This document shows, piece after piece, positions 34,342 to 44,243 of a stretch of DNA of 44,243 bases. The notes beneath the pieces are model-generated. The model was given only the letters and a program-made list of their open reading frames with translations. It ran no database searches and was not told the origin of the DNA. Source of the stretch: Octopus sinensis (lineage: Eukaryota); assembly GCF_006345805.1 (NCBI RefSeq), contig NW_021835010.1, positions 1 through 44,243 of the forward strand, given 5' to 3'. Made by a program: the position numbers and the translations under genes. Position 1 is the stretch's first letter. Every line of letters begins with the position of its first letter.

Positions 34342-37156
34342 TTAATAATTTAAATCGTTGCTTAGCTCGCTCATTTGAATAAACATTTGTTCGAACAGTT
34401 CATTTAAATAATGTCCACTGACACTGAGTTTGAGGTCTTTAATCATCTACCACTGACTTTTATTATTACTTGGTCTATTTTCAACTTTGTATCTTCTAAA
34501 ACTGCCTTGTCTGTTTGATCTGCAGAATGCAGTATGGTTGCAATTTTTTCCCAAACTTCCTCTGTATTCTCAGACTATGGCAAAAAGAATACCTTAATTG
34601 GGGAGAGCGACTCCACTTGTCCTGATAAACAGCATACAGTCGTTAGATATAATTCAATGTTGCTAATAATAAAAGATGTTTTCTACAATTAACACAACTA
34701 GTTACTTCTCGGCCAAATTTTAAAATATTAGAAAGATTTGATAAATTTAATGCAAGCTTGGAGCCAACAGACCGTGTATATTTGAAGATAAAACTCTCTG
34801 GGTTATAATAATACTTGAATACTAATCAAAATAATACATTAATTGCTGCATTCAGTTTGTAATAGTCGTCGGATAGATTATGGACATAGTGTTCCAATTG
34901 GCTTTGTATTAACGTGTAATAGAGCGTTTTCCCCAAAGCCTTTTAATTATAATCACAAGAATACTTTTCCCGCCGAAATCAGTCTTTTTGTGTTCACGGA
35001 GCACGTGTTTAATATATTTTTCACGTTTACAGTCAAATTGTTTGATAGAGTTGACAAAAATTCGAATGCTTGGTCTGAAATTTCTTGTATGTGAGCATTC
35101 ACATTATTCTAGAGCATGTTTTATTCAACTGACCTGAATTTCCCCCATTGATTGCACTCTGTCAGGTAGTGCAAGCATGACTATCACGGTGTCAAGAGTA
35201 TCTCCAATATCCGCCACGGATTCTGCCAGTCGACTGTCCCTCTTGTGGATACAGTCAGTGTAAACGAAGAATTCTGTCACACGTCTCTTCAAATCTTGCC
35301 AGAGCTGCTCAATTTGCTCATTATTTCCTTTCATTGAGTCAAGGAGCTGATAGAGCCGGTTCAAGAATATAACTCTAAACATGAGAGAGAGAACTGTACA
35401 TTCCATCAACCAGAACACATCCCCCTCCCGTAGATTCCTCGACCACTAGTCCTTCCAATCGAATGAAAGAAGAGAGCAAAAAGAACACGAGTGCAACTCC
35501 ACACTTCCTAATTTTTGACTGGTTCATGTTTGTTGAGAAATGAAATTTTTTTTCAAACAGGTTCCCGCTCTTTTTTATAAATCGATTGTTAATTGATTCA
35601 TTTTTTTCAAAAATTGTCCGCATCTTGGCGACATGGCGATGTTCCTCCCCAAAAAACGAATTGCAAGATTCTCTGAACGTCGAGTCTGATTCGACGGAAG
35701 TCTTAGAAACCCTCACGTTATCGTAAAAATCTTTGATCGATCCATTCTGAGTTGGCACAGTATTCCCCAAAGATTGCTGAAGAGAGGAGACAGAATTGAA
35801 GATTTTGTAATGTAAATGAGAGTAGTGTCGCAAGAGGAATTCAATATTGTCAATTTCAGTAGTTAAAATGTTGTATTTGGAAGTAAAGTTACGCCCAAAA
35901 TCGAAAATGAATCGTCCTTTGCCGTATCCCCATTTTTCAACGTTCCCTACCGGCCAGGCGTGCTTTAAACTTCTTGATTTGACTTTATAAATCAAAATAT
36001 ATTTGGGGGAAATTGAGAGAATGCGAGGAATCAACTTTCCATGTTTCAAATTAATTTCCTTAAGTTCACCAATTTGGCCAAACTTGAATGTAAAAAAATG
36101 TAGCTCCGAAAAAGGGTTTCCCACAGCATTCTTTTACATAGTCCGACTTGATGACATCTCCAACTGATCCTCGGAACAGTTTGTATTGCTGTAAAAAAAA
36201 ATGCACCAAATTCAACCTCAGCCACTTTACGTTCAATCTTTCTATTTCTTTGATATATTTCGGGCAAGTAGTTCTGGAAGCTGCATATGTTAGAAATGAG
36301 TCACCACTTTATCGACTTGGCAGAGAAATCACCTACTTCAATTTGGCATTGCATGGCTGCTAATTTTATGGCCGGTCCAGTATCGATTTGGCAAGTTCCT
36401 GAGAGAATTAGTCCAGAAAGCTTAAATAAAAGCAAATAACTACATGTTGGTAGAGAATATCTAATTCAATGTAATTTCTTGGAATATTCTCGCTTATGTA
36501 AAGTCTTCTTTCCAATGTGATGATTTCGTTGGGAGAAATTCCTTGCTCGGGTAAACTCAGCCCATTTAGTAGCCAAACCACTGAAATATACGTAAATATT
36601 ATGCCATTATTGTCAATATGTGATATAATTGGGTTATTCGGTTTTTTTATTGTGGTATGTCGGACTAGTTATCGCGGTTCTCTCCTAAGATAATACTCTT
36701 TCCAAACGTGAATTCCTATGAATTAATGACCATCATCAACCGTATAGTTTGCAAAATATAGGAATTAAATCTCCTACCAGGCGAGAACAATTATATTTGA
36801 CTGTCCTCAGGATCCCGGTCGATAACTTTATTTTTGCATATTGATGGTTGCATTTATATTCAAGGTATTCCTATTCTTTTAATTATTTTATAAACTGTTG
36901 GTTTAGTTTGAATATAGTATCCAATCGGTTTATCATTCACCAACCAAATTTCCTTGTTGAGATCACTGGTCTTCATCATAAGGCTATAGTCTTCTAATTG
37001 TTAAAATTGAGACATGCCTTCGTCGAGGACTCTCAATTTTCGCACACTTGCTCGAAGAATTGCTATTACTTGACGGACTGGCATTTTTAAGTCGACATTG
37101 ATTCTCTCAACCGAGGCAATTTCGTGAGCAATTACCTTAATCGAAATAACAGGCAT
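34342..37156 (-). CDS. TLN: Talin-like protein (F0-F3 FERM head + short helical tail), ~817 aa, 15 tiny introns, one in-frame TAA
   Basis: Manual splicing gives 2454 coding nt. Talin-matching segments: DYSLM...EIWL...IGYYI (F0), VWLLNGLSLPEQG...TLERR (F1), LDILYQ...KLAAMQCQIEVGD...YLPE (F2), FGATFF and GKLIPRIL...W...FIFDFG...LTTE (F3). Premature TAA at 36669-36671. Tail introns are less certain. Confidence 0.85.
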
Positions 37157-37759
37157 TTAGTCTCTACAATAATTGAATAATATTTTTACATTTTGATAAT
37201 TCAAGCCTTATCATTAATGGTGATGAGATGTCAAACTACAAAACATTTATTTGATTTCGATAAATCGAACAGTTAATATTAAATTTAAATTATTTTGTAT
37301 ATATTTTAAAACTAATTATAATCAGAATCATAATAATAAAGACAAACAACAAAGACTAATTAATAATTGATTTAAGATATTTTGACAAACCGATGAGAAG
37401 CTGACTAGCATTCAATATCATCTAATTAATATTATTCACTACGTTCTCTGATTACTAAGTAATTCAAAAAACTGAGAGCTTTTGAAAAGATGATAAAAAT
37501 TATATGTACCATTCGTTTTTTAAAAACGATTTCGGATTCGATGATAGGATCATTCTTGCACAGACAGCATTAATTCACTTTATAATCAACCCCATACATC
37601 CTAAACAATTTTTTTAAGTTTTTTCTTTGAATGAGAGGAGTTGCCGAAGGTACTTTGAAACTTCTATCTTGGTAGAATGTTACTTATATGTGTTTCATAT
37701 GGATTAAACCTCTGAAAACTTAGTCATCAGAGTAAATTACTTTAATGAACCTTCATATG

Positions 37760-38040
37760 AGCTTCTCAGCTTTTGCAAAGCGGCCTCAAGGTAGATATAA
37801 AAACTTAGGGCAGCATCCGATTCTGCAGTAGATAGAGATCACAAACAGCAGTGGCGAGAGAGTCACCTTGATGGGTTCCCACATTTGTCGAGAAAGATCT
37901 TTGTCTAAAGGCAAACAGTAAGTTCCGTTTTTGTCAGTAACACTTTTATGATTTCTATATCTTCGTTAAAGAAGCTCCGCAAGACCTTCATGAGCAAGTC
38001 TCGACGGACGGAGTTGAAGGGTCTTGACACATCGATGCTC
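37760..38040 (-). mobile_element. RTE-like RT relic
   Basis: SIDVSRPFNSVRRDLLMKVL...IKVLLTKTEL followed by VGTHQGDSL. Confidence 0.55.
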
Positions 38041-38382
38041 ACATAGTGACTACAAATTGGTCATCACTCGAATTACTCCTACATAAGAAATATTCCCCCG
38101 TTGTAACAAGTCAGTTTAAACAAAGATAAATCTCGCCACAGAAAACTCATTTGGAATGAACCCAATAGGCTTATATCTCGAAAGTGTTAGTGCAAGTCTT
38201 GCTAACATTCTACGAAAAGAGTACCCAGATGAACTACAAAAATAAGTGCAGCAAACAAATATATAGGACTATTTCTCCTAAAAATTAAGCCCTAAAACTG
38301 CATAATTTGATCTCATATTATAAAGGAAAAAAATTCACGTCTTGTTTTTAAAAAATGCAGCACAATAAAAAAGAGGCAAAAG

Positions 38383-39686
38383 AATGAATGAATATGGTTT
38401 ATTTATTACAATAGGTCCAAAAAAAAGTGGCCGAGGAATTAGAGCTTAGGGGGCTTGATAACGAGAGCCACGAAGGTCTCAACTTCGGTTTTGCCCCAGG
38501 AGACTGTCTTATCTCCCTCAGCGAGTTCGAGTTTTTGCCAGGATCGCGTCAATCGTGTCAACACTCCGCTCATGCAGGTCTTCCAGCGGACTGCTGAGCT
38601 CCAGGCCGAATGCCAGTTTGATGGCAAATCGTCTGGTTTTTTCGAGTTTGGCGATTAGAAGGTCCCTTTCATCAGTTTGGTACCAGCCCTCCGAGCCATA
38701 GATTATTAGTGGCTGAACACAAGTCTGGTAGATGTGTAGAAACGTTTCTGCGCTTAGACAAAAACGCCTCAGTCCTTTTAGGATTTTCGCTCCTTGTTTC
38801 CGCTTTGCATGCACATGGGGTTTGTATGACCCGGTGGGGTCTATAGTTACTCCCAGGTAACGTAGGTTCTTCGATATAATCAGGTTCCCATAATCCTCGA
38901 AAGTCGGTTTTTTGTCACGACCCATTGAAATCCAACAAATGGTACTTTTGTCCAGGGCGAGATTCAAGCCTTTACCATTGCACCAGATTTCAAGTTCCTC
39001 CAAGTACGGTTCTAGTCTGCTCCAGGACAGCCTTCTTCTGTGTCGGGGTCCCCACATCGAGACATCCGTAACCAAGATATCGTCTGCGTAGATAATTAGT
39101 CTGCTCGTAGGAAAATGTGGTTTCGGGACGTCGGCCAGAAATATATTAAAGGCAAGGGGCTGAGAACCGATCCCTGAGGAACACCTCTCCTCAGATTCAC
39201 GGCCTTCGATAGCAAATTTCCACAACGAATGAACGATTTTCTCTCGCACAAGAAGTCCTTAAGCCATCCGACAGTTTTTCGCCCAGCACCCAACTCCGCT
39301 ACTTTATCTAACAACCCCAAGTGCCAGACACTGTCAAAGGCCTTGCAGACGTCCAGGCAGACCGCCGTTAGGCAGGCTTTATGTTGTTTGGCCCGAGTCA
39401 GTTCTTCCTCAAGAAGCGAGAAACAGTGACCGGTTGATCGACCAGGTCTAAAACCCCACTGTTCCTCCGCGAGTATATTATTTTGTTCCACGTAAGCCGA
39501 TAAACGATTGAAAATAATTCTTTCCATTATCCTCGACGTTGTGCAGATAAGGCTAATTGGCCTATAACTTCCTGCCTGCGTATTTGGTTTTCCAGGTTTT
39601 GGGATCATTCGGACGATTGTTCGTTTCCAGCTAGGTGGGACGTGACCATTGTCCCAACTGGCATTGAATAGTTTCACCAGAATACG
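38383..39686 (-). mobile_element. 5'-truncated LINE copy with TSD, same family as 3385-5250
   Basis: Near-identical to ~3385-4670, with an (ATTC)n tail. AAGAGGCAAAAG duplicated at 38371-38382 and 39687-39698. Confidence 0.95.
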
Positions 39687-40249
39687 AAGAGGCAAAAGCA
39701 TAACTGAATAAAAACTGAGGGCAGCATCCGCTTCTGCATCAGATAGAGAAGGAATATTGGAGATTTGATATCAAAAAAGAAAAAAACTTAGACGAGAGAA
39801 AACTCACTCATTTCAGATTAAATTTCTAGACGGGAACAAATTTTCGACAAACATACCCGGAGATCGTCTTCAATTGAGAACAACCTGTTTCTGTTTTTTG
39901 ATTTAATCTCGACTGGACAAGAGAAAGCTTGTTCACACTTATAAAATGTTAAGAACTAAAGCAATATTTTAATTGATTTTTAAAATTTGAAGGATAAGAA
40001 TCTTTTATGGAAATATAAAGCATATCTGTCGACAATTCAGCAAAACTGAAAGAGAAGATCTAAGCTTACAAATTGACACTTCAAAGTTAATTAAAATCTT
40101 TTTGGTGAGTCAAAAATAAAGGGTTTCTCGATCTATTTAAGATTTGTCCTAACAAAAATTAGAATTGTTGCAAATAAAAAAAAGAATAGTTTCAACATAC
40201 CTGATTGTTCCAATAAAAATCAGAAAAGTTAAAAACAACATTTATATTA

Positions 40250-40600
40250 AAAGAACTCTTATTCATTAATTATATAAACTTAATTAAACAAGTATTACAT
40301 TTTAATAACCAGAAGCACTGTTGAACGGATACTTAATCATTTTTATTATAAAATGAAATCTGTAGTTCCAGTGGCAGAAAAAGAAATGCTGATCTTGTTA
40401 AAAATTTAAAATTGGACTACGTTTCAAAATTTTGGTTACTCGAAACAGAATCTTGAAATTTAAGTTTTATTTGTATTGACGAAGTTGGTTTTAAGTCAAA
40501 AAGAAGTCAATCTAATGAAGAAACTTTACCTTATGTTAGGATCGCAGCTGAAAGAAGTCGTAAATTTCTGTTTTGGCAGCAATTAATAAATATTGAACGA
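40250..40600 (+). mobile_element. IS630/Tc1-like transposase relic
   Basis: YKMKSVVPVAE.RNA...FICIDEVGF (first catalytic Asp region). Heavily decayed. Confidence 0.5.
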
Positions 40601-40639
40601 TATTCTTTAAAATTTACACGTGTTTGATGCATTTGTTAG

Positions 40640-41600
40640 AATTGACTAGGGAACAACTTGAAAAAATTGAGAAATTTTAAATTTCATCAATAGCTGAGAA
40701 TTCATTAGACAAGAAACAACGATTTCGATTAAAAAGCTATCGCAAAAATTTGTTTTTGAAGACGGTAAAGCGTTTTTATTGAAGGATGGCCTAAAATTAC
40801 GGTTCTTTGCAGTTGAAAATAGTGAACTGAAATTGAAGATAATTGAGGTAGTGTATCTGCTTTATTGAAATCTGAGCTAATAAACAATTTTGGCCGAGAT
40901 AGACTTAGTAGTATGTGGAGGAATAGTTTCTACAACATAATGACAGAAGATATCCGCTTTGTTTTAAAAAAATGTGTTTATTGCCAAGTATTGGCTATTT
41001 ATTTATTAGCTAGTCAAAAAAATTGATGGCAACCAAGCCAACTATCAGTCCAATCATTGCCAGAAGTCCTAGAGACCATTATATCCCAGATCTTATAGAT
41101 CTCAGAAGATATTCAGAAACAAATCGATCAAACTCGTGGTATGCTGTTGTGAACTAGTAAGCTGTTGTAGAACTAGCAAAGAATAAAAGTGCATTGGAAA
41201 TTTCATCTCTACTTGAGAATATATTCTACGTTATTGGAGATTGGAAATTTCATATCCCTAACCCGTTATTCTCCAAATTGATAACGGAAGAGAGTTTCGC
41301 AATTCTGAAATGGATAAGCTGTGTGAATTTTTTAAAATAAAGCATATCTGTGAAAGACCTAGAGCACCTTGGGTACAAGGACAAGTTGAAAGGTTTTTTT
41401 AAAGCTATAATAAAAAGGTTCAACCAATCAATAAAACGATGAAAATCCTCAACAAGTGTTTCAGCCGGAAATTTTGGAGTTTACTTCAACATTATAAAGA
41501 GGATCGTATATGATTACAATCGAACAAAACATGACACGACCAGGAATATTCCTTTTCAAAGTTTTATGAGAATCAAAAAAACCAGACGAAAATTAAATAA
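40640..41600 (+). mobile_element. Decayed rve-integrase (Ginger-like) gene with tiny introns
   Basis: HLGRDRL...CVYCQ, ATKPTISPIIARSPR...DLIDL, ILQIDNGREFRN, RAPWVQGQVER (25-nt intron) FNQSIK, and YDYNRTKH. No termini found. Confidence 0.75.
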
Positions 41601-41689
41601 ACGAATTAATGGCATTCGGTGGAACTGACCCAGAAGTAGAAATAAATTACGAAAAAAATGAATGTGACCGGCGACATTAAAATTTGGCC

Positions 41690-41985
41690 TTTATTAAAAA
41701 AGAAACTAATTAACTAAGTAATTTTTCTAACTAAGTTCAGAGCCTTCGAAGTGAGCAAAGGGTGGCACTCCACGCACCTCCTCCCCTTCTTCCTCCTTTT
41801 CTCTGGCACTGTAGACTCTCGAGAAGGTGCAGTCCAGCGCCTCTCGCTGACTAAACGTCAGGAAAGGACTGGATCGGCGAGCATCAAACAAGACACTCTC
41901 CAGAGTCCTCTTAAGAACAGTTGACTGTATAAGCCTGTAGAGACTTATCTACATCCAACTGTCTTAAGTACCGCTTGTGGTATTT
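41690..41985 (-). mobile_element. Second 3' fragment of the 8100-8640 non-LTR family
   Basis: Clear nucleotide homology to 8110-8380, including AGGAAAGGACTGGATCGGCGAGCATCAAA and CTCTCCAGAGTCCTCTTAAGAACAGTTGACTG. Confidence 0.6.
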
Positions 41986-41989
41986 GGTG

Positions 41990-43852
41990 ACCAGTCCATC
42001 CCATTTCCATAACATTTGTCCACGGAAAATCTTATGCAATTAACCGATGTTTTAATAAAAATCAATAATTTTTTTAATAGTCAAGAAAAGAAAATAATCA
42101 AAAACGTTTAAAAAAATCATTAATTTTGGACTGTCTAGTCTTCTGGCAAAGGCGTAGGACGCTTTTTTCTAGTTCATAGAAGTTGTCCATATCCATTTCA
42201 CTTGTTAAATCGCTGTTAGTAAGAAACTGGCGTATTAATCTGCATGCACCCATAGCTTCCGAACTGGTTGTTTTCACGGGTATGGGATCTTCATCGTCCT
42301 CATCGTCTTCACAAGAAATATCTCTTGACATTAAACATATTTCTTCATCGGACATGATTCCGATATATTCTTCATCCTCATTAGCAACATCCATCGTTAT
42401 TTCGTCACATTCAATGTCACTAAACATATTTTCCTCCACTTCCTCATGGAATCCAGCCTTACGGAAACAGTTGTAAATTGTTGCTATTTTGATTTCCCTC
42501 CAAGCCATTTTGAGCATGTGTAGCGCATCCAAAAGAGTGATAGAATTCACAACGGATTTGAGACAGGCATCGTCTGAATCAATTACGGCAATCACTCTTT
42601 GTAAAAATGCCAATCTGTAGTTGTGCTTTAGACTTTTTATGATCCCCATATCACATGGCTGAATGCATGCGGATGTGTTTGGTGGAATAAAATACAATTT
42701 AACATTTGATAGATTTTCTCCAGCATCTTTTGGATGCGCAGCACAATTGTCAAGGACCATGGCTATATTTCTTTTTTGTATTTTCATTTTCTTGTTAACA
42801 CATGACAACCAGTTTTTAAAAATGCGTGATGTCATCCATGCATTCTATAATTCTACTGAAATTGATATGCTACCTTATTGACAACGTAGTTAACTGGAAG
42901 TGTTTTGATTCCTTTGAAGCACCTAGGATTCTTTCTTTTCCCAATGACCATCAATGGGTGTTTGTCCGAACCCGTCATATTGCAGGATACCATTACAGTT
43001 AATCTATCCTTCATTTTTTTACTTCCAATCGGTATTTCATTTTTAAATGATAGTGTCCGGTCGGGTAAACCTCGGAATATGAGTCCTGTTTCATCACAAT
43101 TATAAATGTTTTCCGGTGTATAATCTTTTAAAAGATCTTTTAATGTCCATTGGCACCAGTATTCAGCAGCATTTATATCGGAATCTTTTTTCTCCCCATA
43201 AATGCGTTTAAATGATATGTTGTTTCTTTCTTTCCAACGCTGAAGCCAACCTGAAGTAGGAATAAAGTCATCCATTTTCATTGTTTTAGCAAAGCTAGTA
43301 GCTTTGTGGGTTAATATGTTACCATTTATTGGTACATTTTTGGTCCTGGTTTGAGCAAACCAAACGGACAATGCAGTTTCTACGTTCTTTTCTTTCCCAT
43401 CGCGTCGTCTTTTTCGACTCAAATTGGTGCAATTAGATTCAGCCAATAGCATAATTTCTTCTCTATTCCTCAAAATCCGTGAGACTTAAGACTGAGAACA
43501 GTTGAATCTTGCAGATAGAGCTGATTGAGTTTGACCTCCTTGAATAAACAAATTGATTATTTCCAATTTTTGAGAAAGTGTAAGATCACGACGTAACGAA
43601 GATGACATGTGTAATAATAATTAAATTTTAAAATTACAAATTTAATTATGCAATTATGCGAAAATTTTTATAAGAAAAAATAGTAAATGTTCCCAATGAG
43701 AGTATGCAATTAACCGATTTATGCAATTAACCGATATGCAATTAGCCGATATTTTTTCAATGGAAACCATGTAAGTTATGGTTTTAAACATGAATTTATG
43801 TCATTAACCGATTTATGCAATTAACCGATATGCAATTAACCGATGTTTACTG
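41990..43852 (-). mobile_element. pogo/Tigger transposon, nearly intact transposase with one 29-nt intron
   Basis: ATG at 43608; HTH; SGWLQRWKER, YNCDETG, KDRLTV and NK|NAWMT joined by intron 42845-42873; LDNCAAH and QPCDMGII. One TAA at 43486-43488. Right TIR ends ...CCGATGTTTACTG followed by TA, with ATGCAATTAACCGAT sub-repeats. Left TIR lost. Confidence 0.92.
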
Positions 43853-44243
43853 TAATCCCATCACTTTTTTCCACATAAAATTTCACATTTTTCAAATAAA
43901 GTGCAGTTTCAATCATATTTATTTGAAATTCATGGAATTATTAATAGAAAATAGGTTAAAAAGAATGCACAATTTCATTATAAAAATTATAAAAGCTATC
44001 AAAAATAGTACTCATTATAAAACATGTCAAATTAAAAAAAAGATAGGCGTTCCATGTCATGGCGAGAATTTAAGCGAAATTTGATAAAAATTATTGAATC
44101 TTGTAAAATGAAAAACATTAAATCTTTAGTTTTTATAACCGATATTGCACGAATACATCATTATTTGGTGTAAAGACATTTATCAGTTCTAACGATTTTA
44201 ATTTATTTTTTTCTTTCCCCTAATTTGCACTTTAAATCCCTTT

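Noticed and set aside
38050-38340. Possible spliced host-gene fragment on the minus strand (YSFRRMLARLALTLSRYKPIGFIPNE)
   Set aside because: Coding-like but not recognised, and flanked by TE relics. Needs BLASTX.
4959-42476. Long ORFs antisense to RT or transposase genes (e.g. 4959-5324, 17266-17619, 27886-28527, 42183-42476)
   Set aside because: Shadow ORFs of coding sequence on the opposite strand, with no independent motifs.
36669-43488. TAA reassigned to Gln (single TAA in talin and in the Tigger HTH)
   Set aside because: Only one in-frame TAA appears in about 1400 host codons, Gln is encoded CAA/CAG throughout, and TAA appears to end METTL1 and talin. CAA-to-TAA mutation or error is simpler.

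Overview
AT-rich eukaryotic nuclear window made almost entirely of repeats and nested transposon relics, with four host-gene loci in between. Bases 103-3211 are a hierarchical satellite. Both of its edges are cut at the centre of the same TAATA^TATTA palindrome by termini of TGT-ended (Ginger2/TDD-like) integrase transposons. A complete defective copy of this group (10042-11706) has ~55-bp TIRs and a 5-bp TAATA target duplication. Other elements are CRE-clade retrotransposons (one full-length with TSD), Jockey/I-group LINEs (one with a 2A-like GDIELNPGP motif), RTE-like LINEs, two pogo/Tigger elements, and hAT, Helitron and IS630/Tc1 relics. There is also a decayed 18S rRNA fragment joined to an RTE 3' end. 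Manual splicing recovers three host genes with very short introns (18-31 nt): an MFSD12-like transporter lacking its 5' end, TRM8/METTL1, and a ~817-aa 'mini-talin' that the ORF track misses. A decayed TGF-beta type II receptor-like kinase indicates an animal. Together with the tiny introns this suggests a reduced parasite such as a dicyemid or myxozoan (inference). Many frameshifts are 1-nt deletions in homopolymers and may be assembly errors. No database searches were run. Family calls rest on recognised motifs, and boundaries of old relics are approximate.
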